Below are positions 16,389 through 21,789 of a DNA stretch of 21,789 nucleotides, one piece after another. Made by a program: the position numbers and the translations under genes. A model generated the notes under the pieces. It saw only the letters and a list, made by a program, of their open reading frames with translations. It had not been told where the DNA came from and did not search any database. Where the stretch lies: UHGV virus genome UHGV-1607642, one strand, 5' to 3'. Source of the stretch: a virus. The number at the start of each line of letters is the position of its first letter. Position 1 is the first letter of the stretch.

Positions 16389-16738
16389 TTTCCCGCGATG
16401 AATCCGGGGTAAAGACCGTATCGATAGATCTCGGATTCTATTTCAGTCGTGTAGTTGCTCACTACGCCGTGTCGCCATTAGAGCTGCTGGGCGTCCCTCT
16501 AACGATGTTCTGGATGCTCAGTCGCAACATCGACCGTCTACGTGCGGAAGAGGATGTCCGCAACCTGCAAGTCGCTCGCGCTGCCCAGGCAGATGGCGAG
16601 GGCGTGAAGGCGTTCATGGAGGGTTTGCAACTCAGGATTGGAAGACCAGTCGTAACCGATAAAGTCTACGATCCGCGCAAGGATAAGGCAGACCCTGACG
16701 CCAAAGAGCAACTGATGCAAATTTTTGGCAGAGGATGA
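16071..16738 (+). CDS. Tail assembly chaperone G-T fusion via probable -1 ribosomal frameshift near 16382-16385
   Basis: The -1 frame is open from 16376 to 16738 and ends 8 nt before the tape measure ATG; the frame-0 ORF ends at TAA 16386-16388. The only shared window contains A-AAG directly before the stop, where tRNA-Lys could slip from AAG to AAA. No canonical X-XXY-YYZ heptamer. Confidence 0.45.
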
Positions 16739-16745
16739 CAAGGGA

Positions 16746-19700
16746 ATGTCACAAAACGTAGAGTTTGTCCTGTCGCTGGAAGACAAGCAGTTTACAGCGT
16801 CAATCGACCGGGCGGGTAAGCTACTTACCAGATTCGGGGAGCAGGCCACAAAACCAGCTCAGAAAATTAACAATCTGGAACGCTCGTTGGGTTCGGTCTC
16901 CCGCATCATCGGCGTTCTGGAGTCCAAGCTCGATGCCACGGCAGACAAACTACAGGATGTAGCTGCCGGCTTCGAACTTGTGTCTGATGTTTCGCGCAAG
17001 ACGCGAGGCAACATTACCAGCCTCAATTCAGGTCTCAAAACCCTGATTGAGCGCGTCGACACAACCACCTCTTCCGTTAATAAGCTCACCACATCGTTGC
17101 GCAAGGTTCAGTCTGAACTCAATGAGTTTTCCGATTGGGCAACGTTCGCTGGTAAGAGCGCCAGCCGCTTCGGTACGGAGGTAAAAGAAGCCTCTACATC
17201 TGTGAGTGGTATGAATACGCGCCTTAACACCACGACGAAGCGTCTCAGTAATTGGGGTGTCACAACGAACCAGGCTGCCGAGGGGCTGAAGAAAGTCCGC
17301 GATCAGATGGATGCGGTGATTGGCCGCCAGCAGCTGATCAGCAAGCCGGTGCGTGTGCGCACCAGCGGCTACGGTGAGGGCGGTGGTAATGGCGGTGGCG
17401 GTCGACACAGCGGTTCCTATGGCCACGGCGGGCGCGGTGCTGAAAATGGCGTGTTCTCTGGTCTGCGCGGCAATATTTTCCTGCTGGGCGAGATTGGTGA
17501 TGCGGCAAGAACGGTAACTGACATCCTGTTCGGCTGGCAGAAGCCAATCGTCGAAGCTGCCTCCAAAATGGAGCGTATGCGCGTCATGTTGCGCGGGCTG
17601 AACAAGGACAAGGCCAACCCTGGCAAAGCAGCCGCAGAGGATATGCAGTACATCGTGGATATGGCGCAAAACGCCCCGTTTGCGATGCAGGCGCTGACCG
17701 ATTCCTTCGTTAAATTCCGCTCGGCAGGTCTCGATCCTACTGACGGATCGCTGAAAGCATTGGTGGACTCCGTTGCACGCTTCGGCGGCGATAGCGAGCT
17801 GCTAAAACGCGCAGCCGTGGCCGTCCAGCAGATGTCCGGTAAGGGCGTCGTGTCGATGGAAGAACTGCGTCAGCAATTAGGTGAAGCCGTTCCTAACGCG
17901 ATGAAAGCGATGGCAGACGCTGCCGGCATTACTATGGGGGAACTGACCAAAGCAGTCTCCAGCGGTACTGTGGAAGCGAAACAGGCGTTATCGCTGATGT
18001 TCGTTGGTCTGCGTGCAGAGAACGAAAACGCCGCCAAAGACATGATGCAAACCTACACCGGTGCGCTGGCGCAACTACAAACCTCCTTTACGTTGTTCGC
18101 CGATCGTGTCGGTCAGACGGGCTATCTGGATTCTCTCTCTAAGGGAATGAAAGAACTAGCCTCCATCATGAATAGCGCAGAAGGGATTTCGTTTGCTAAT
18201 TCTTTAGGTTCGGGGTTAACGACGGCAATCGATGGGTTGCGTCAGCTTGCTCAATGGTTAGCAAAGAACCAAGAGCTGGTAATTAATCTTGGTAAGGTCG
18301 TGGCCGCGATGGTTGCGTTCAAACTGATGCGAGCAGGGATCATGGGGGTAGTTGGCGCTGGGAGCCAGATGGTTAGCACCTTTGCCACGATGGCGACCGC
18401 CATACAGACTCCATTTAACCTCGGCGCTACAGCAGTAACTCGATTCAATCGTGCGGCACGTATGGGGCTGGCTCCGATCCCCTCTCTTATTTTCGCCATC
18501 CGTGGGGCGATTACGGGGCTTAAAGGCGCTTTTGCTGGATTAACGGCGTTCATTGCAGCAAATCCAATTGGCGCTGCGTTTACCGTGGCAACCGTGGCCG
18601 TGGCCGGGCTGATCACGTATATGACCATGCTTCGCAGCGAAACGTCAAAAGTCGTTGACGAAATTAGGAAAATACCAGAGGCGATGACGGCGGCCAAACG
18701 TGCACAAATGGCGGAGTATAAAGCGCGTCTTGAGCAACAAATCACGCAAAAGGAACAAGAGTTAAAATCTGACGAAAAGGTGGTTTATGGGCCGGGTATG
18801 GCCGGAACTACAGTAAAGATTAATCAGGATGAACGTAAGCGTATAGAAAATGAGCTAAATGACCTTCGTGAGAAACGCGATAAAACTACTGGGGCAATTG
18901 AACGCGGAGACACTGCTGTAGCCAAACGTCTTGCAAAAGATGCGGCAGAATCACAGATAGAGAAAATACGGGAAGAGAATAGAGACTTTGCGGCAACATT
19001 CGCTAAAGCTCGTCAAGAGGCTCTGGAGAAGATCCAAAAAATCAATGATGACGATTCACTTTCTGATGACGAAAAGAACAAACTATTGGCACCGTTACGT
19101 GAAACGGTAAACAAAAGCTATCTGGAGCCTGCGCAAAAACTGGTTGATTCACTTTCTTCTCGTAAGAATGCGACCGAGAAGCAAATCGCGACTCTTAATG
19201 ATCAGCTTGAAAAAGCCAAAAAAGATGGCAATACCGAGCAGATCCAGAAACTGCAAGGCAGTATTCGTGGTTATCAGGAGCATTTGGAAGCCGTTGCTCA
19301 GGAGCTGACTCAGGCAGAGTTCGAGAGAGATAATGCGGCCAAAACTGGTAAGGGCGTAATGTCAAACCAGGGGACTGTTCTTGGGTTAGGTACAACTGAT
19401 AAAGCTGCTCAGAAGGCGCTGGCGCAATATATGCGAAACCAGATGGATTCTGCGACTTATCAGCGTACTTTGCCTGACGGCACTCCGATGATGGACTTCG
19501 AAGGTAAGCCGATTATTGGGCCTAAACAACTCAAGACGCAGCTTAATTTGCAGAAAGCATCCAGTGCCAGCTCTCTGGAGAAAATGAGCGATGCGGAACG
19601 CGCCGCAACCATTGCAGCGCTGACCAAAGCGCGCGAACAGGATGCCGCAGCAGCGGAAAAAGCCGGGCGACGTACAGCCAATGCTTCTCAGCGTGCGGCC

Positions 19701-21317
19701 AAGAAAGAACAGGCAGCGCAACAGAAACTGGCGGCCGGATATCAGAAGGCTCTGGATAAAGCCGATCAGCTTATGGGGCAAATGGGTGAAAGCTCTAAGG
19801 CTACGGTATCGTTTGATCAGTCTCTTCGCGATACAACGAAATCGCTGACTGATTTGGCTAATGCGGTTCCTAACGAGTTCATCACTCAAGAGATGATCGA
19901 CAAGGCGAAAAAACGTCTTGAAGACCTCAAAAATGCGACACCTGAATATCGCGAGATGTTTAATCGCCGCAATGTTGAGCAGATGATCTCCACTTGGGCA
20001 CCGGAGTCGGATTCCATTATTAGTGCTGGCTATACGCCGTCTCGTGAAGAAAAAGTTGCTGATTTCGAAGACACCTACAACCGCAATCTCAAAGCGTTGA
20101 TAGAACTTCGTGATAAGGCGTCTGATCCTAAAGTTGTGGCGCTTTATACAAAGAAAATCAATCAACTGATTGCTGCTGGCAATACCGCGCTTATTAAAGA
20201 GACGGGGACTGCGACGCAGAAGTTGGCACTGGAATACGAAAACCTGGCAGAGCAGATCGAAAGCACCTGGACTGATTTGTTTAGTGGCTTAACGGATGTC
20301 CTGACTGATTTCGTTATTAACGGGAAGATGAGCTTCTCCAGCCTGTCTCAGTCCATTTTGAAAGATATCACCAATATGGTCGTGAAGTCGCAGATCACGC
20401 TGCCTCTAATGAACATGTTGGGGATGGGAACCACCGCAGCTGGTAGTTCACAGAGTGGTAATTTGCTCACCGGGGTTGCTTCCGCAGTTGCCAATCAAGG
20501 TGTGCGCATAAGCAACACTGTTAATGGCGACAAGTCGGTAGGAGAAGCCACGAAGGAGACGTCCAGTTCGGTAACTGGATTGGGGCAAACGACACAGCAG
20601 ACCACCAGCGCAATTGGCACAGCAACAAATGCGATTGGTAGCTGGGTATCAGGGCTATTTGATAGCACCGAAGCCAAAGATGCTGAGACAAAAGCAGTGA
20701 AGGATTCCATCTTCTCGATGCAGAACCTCAGCTCTGTTACCGGTGCTCTGTCTGCCGCGTTCGCAATGCTTGGAGCTAATGCTTCCGGCTCTGGTAATAA
20801 GTGGTTGAATTTCGGCGCGACAGTTGCATCTGGGTTGGTTTCAGTATGGGCAGGTGGTGGTTTCGACAGCGCGACATCAAACTCTGCTAAAACCGCAACC
20901 AGCAGTGTGGCTGACGGAACTAAAGGCATTCCTGCAATCCCGAAGTTTGCAAATGGAGGAATATTCGGAAAAGACGGCGTGATCCCGCTCCGGGCATACC
21001 AGAAAGGCGGTATTGCTAACTCGCCTCAATTAGCGTTGTTTGGGGAAGGTTCTATGAATGAGGCGTATGTTCCATTGCCTGATGGTCGAACAATCCCTGT
21101 AACGCTCAGTACCGATGGTATGAGTGGAGGAGGAAATGTTCTTTCTCCGGTATCAATTGAGATCAACGTCCATAGTGACGGTAGCACAACTGAATCCGGC
21201 GATACAGAAAGCATATGGAACAATGCCGCTCAACGGATGAAAGCAATCGCGCTTGAGACTATCGCTCAAGAGAAACGCCCTGGCGGATCACTCAACCCAA
21301 ACACTCAACGTAACTAA
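16746..21317 (+). CDS. Tail tape measure protein (1523 aa)
   Basis: Very long ORF after the G/GT pair; largely helical, low-complexity composition with a Gly-rich segment. ATG 16746 with SD AAGGGA preferred over the track's TTG at 16725. Confidence 0.9.
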   Translation: MSQNVEFVLSLEDKQFTASIDRAGKLLTRFGEQATKPAQKINNLERSLGSVSRIIGVLESKLDATADKLQDVAAGFELVSDVSRKTRGNITSLNSGLKTLIERVDTTTSSVNKLTTSLRKVQSELNEFSDWATFAGKSASRFGTEVKEASTSVSGMNTRLNTTTKRLSNWGVTTNQAAEGLKKVRDQMDAVIGRQQLISKPVRVRTSGYGEGGGNGGGGRHSGSYGHGGRGAENGVFSGLRGNIFLLGEIGDAARTVTDILFGWQKPIVEAASKMERMRVMLRGLNKDKANPGKAAAEDMQYIVDMAQNAPFAMQALTDSFVKFRSAGLDPTDGSLKALVDSVARFGGDSELLKRAAVAVQQMSGKGVVSMEELRQQLGEAVPNAMKAMADAAGITMGELTKAVSSGTVEAKQALSLMFVGLRAENENAAKDMMQTYTGALAQLQTSFTLFADRVGQTGYLDSLSKGMKELASIMNSAEGISFANSLGSGLTTAIDGLRQLAQWLAKNQELVINLGKVVAAMVAFKLMRAGIMGVVGAGSQMVSTFATMATAIQTPFNLGATAVTRFNRAARMGLAPIPSLIFAIRGAITGLKGAFAGLTAFIAANPIGAAFTVATVAVAGLITYMTMLRSETSKVVDEIRKIPEAMTAAKRAQMAEYKARLEQQITQKEQELKSDEKVVYGPGMAGTTVKINQDERKRIENELNDLREKRDKTTGAIERGDTAVAKRLAKDAAESQIEKIREENRDFAATFAKARQEALEKIQKINDDDSLSDDEKNKLLAPLRETVNKSYLEPAQKLVDSLSSRKNATEKQIATLNDQLEKAKKDGNTEQIQKLQGSIRGYQEHLEAVAQELTQAEFERDNAAKTGKGVMSNQGTVLGLGTTDKAAQKALAQYMRNQMDSATYQRTLPDGTPMMDFEGKPIIGPKQLKTQLNLQKASSASSLEKMSDAERAATIAALTKAREQDAAAAEKAGRRTANASQRAAKKEQAAQQKLAAGYQKALDKADQLMGQMGESSKATVSFDQSLRDTTKSLTDLANAVPNEFITQEMIDKAKKRLEDLKNATPEYREMFNRRNVEQMISTWAPESDSIISAGYTPSREEKVADFEDTYNRNLKALIELRDKASDPKVVALYTKKINQLIAAGNTALIKETGTATQKLALEYENLAEQIESTWTDLFSGLTDVLTDFVINGKMSFSSLSQSILKDITNMVVKSQITLPLMNMLGMGTTAAGSSQSGNLLTGVASAVANQGVRISNTVNGDKSVGEATKETSSSVTGLGQTTQQTTSAIGTATNAIGSWVSGLFDSTEAKDAETKAVKDSIFSMQNLSSVTGALSAAFAMLGANASGSGNKWLNFGATVASGLVSVWAGGGFDSATSNSAKTATSSVADGTKGIPAIPKFANGGIFGKDGVIPLRAYQKGGIANSPQLALFGEGSMNEAYVPLPDGRTIPVTLSTDGMSGGGNVLSPVSIEINVHSDGSTTESGDTESIWNNAAQRMKAIALETIAQEKRPGGSLNPNTQRN

Positions 21318-21359
21318 CTATCGACTGCCCCGACCGGGGCAGTCTCACAAGGATGTGAG

Positions 21360-21641
21360 ATGGAAAGACAAACGTTTAATTGGTATCCAGATTACGAATC
21401 TGAAAAAAGCGTAAAACCGAATGTAACGGTACTTAATTTTGGTGATGACTACGAGCAGCGACAGGCTCAAGGTCTTAATCGTATTAAAGAAGAATGGTCG
21501 TTAACCTTTACCAGATCATACAACGAAATTAATGCAATCGATGACTTCCTGACTGAGCGATCAGGCGTTGAATCGTTCTATTGGGTTAATCCAAGAGGCA
21601 AGCAGATTGTAGTTGTATGTGACAGTCATACGGTCAAGCGA
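21360..21641 (+). pseudogene. Minor tail protein, lambda gpM-like, truncated by IS insertion
   Basis: TFNW...VLNFGDDYEQRQAQGLN...ESFYW...QIVVVCD follows the recalled lambda gpM pattern (TFRW...FGDGYSQRAPAGLN...SFLW...QIKVTC). Reading frame runs into IS sequence after codon R (21639-21641); the track ORF tail to 21728 is IS-derived. Confidence 0.7.
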
Positions 21642-21789
21642 TGGATTTGCCCCTATATTTCCAGACACCTGTTATCACTTAACCCATTACTGGCCTGCTG
21701 CCGCAGATATTCCCGTGGCGAGCGATAACCCAGTGCACTATGCGGATGCCATTCGTTATAATGCTCGAACGCCTCTGCAAGGTTCTTTG
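21642..21789 (-). mobile_element. Right end of an IS2-like insertion sequence (IS3 family), inverted orientation, continuing past the window edge
   Basis: TGGATTTGCCCCTATATTTCCAGACA... is the reverse complement of the IS2 right terminal repeat as I recall it, with a few substitutions relative to that recalled sequence. Confidence 0.75.
21653..21789 (-). CDS. IS3-family transposase (OrfB / InsD-like), C-terminal fragment, partial at window edge
   Basis: Minus-strand translation gives ...[48 protein letters not shown], the conserved C-terminal signature of IS3-family integrase-core transposases. Stop TAG at 21653-21655. Confidence 0.7.
   Translation of the reverse strand, partial: KNLAEAFEHYNEWHPHSALGYRSPREYLRQQASNGLSDNRCLEI

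Noticed and set aside
16469-16738. Independent GTG start for the 89-aa ORF downstream of the tail chaperone gene
   Set aside because: No SD upstream of the GTG, and the frame is open upstream to within 10 nt of the G-frame stop; the conserved G/GT frameshift arrangement explains it better. Kept as a frameshift product, not a separate gene.
15400-20165. Several long minus-strand ORFs (15400-16071, 17028-17669, 18251-18745, 19386-20165) within the major tail and tape measure genes
   Set aside because: All are antisense to strongly supported structural genes and have Arg/Cys/His-rich composition typical of non-coding reverse frames.
1-21789. CRISPR array, tRNA or rRNA genes
   Set aside because: No regularly spaced direct repeats, no cloverleaf-compatible tRNA-like segment seen in the intergenic regions, and no rRNA-like sequence; the only repeats are the short palindromic junction elements.

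Overview
This 21.8-kb window reads as part of a tailed-phage prophage (lambda-like tail module) in an enterobacterial chromosome, probably tail-defective. Left to right: an AT-rich tract (1-184); a leftward accessory unit on the minus strand (SF2 DExH helicase, 92-aa protein, lipoprotein, 175-aa repeat protein; 222-3076) bounded by hairpins; a rightward, tightly coupled accessory cassette (two tandem ParB/Srx-like proteins, a minimal ABC-type ATPase, an 84-aa protein, a ~296-aa protein with a GNAT-like motif, an 88-aa winged-helix-like protein; 3141-6561); then a canonical morphogenesis block (TerS, TerL, portal, scaffold, major capsid, Big_2 decoration protein, connector proteins, major tail protein with Ig-like C-terminus, G/GT chaperone pair, 1523-aa tape measure, gpM-like minor tail protein). 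The gpM-like gene is cut at 21641/21642 by the inverted end of an IS2-like (IS3 family) element. An 18-bp palindromic element TAAGTA-N6-TACTTA recurs at several gene junctions. The best candidates for an undescribed system are the ParB-ParB-ABC ATPase-GNAT-like cassette and the divergent helicase/lipoprotein unit; neither can be assigned to a named defence or anti-defence family from sequence alone. No rRNA, tRNA or CRISPR array was seen. All family assignments rest on motifs read by eye and on recalled family signatures, not on database searches.
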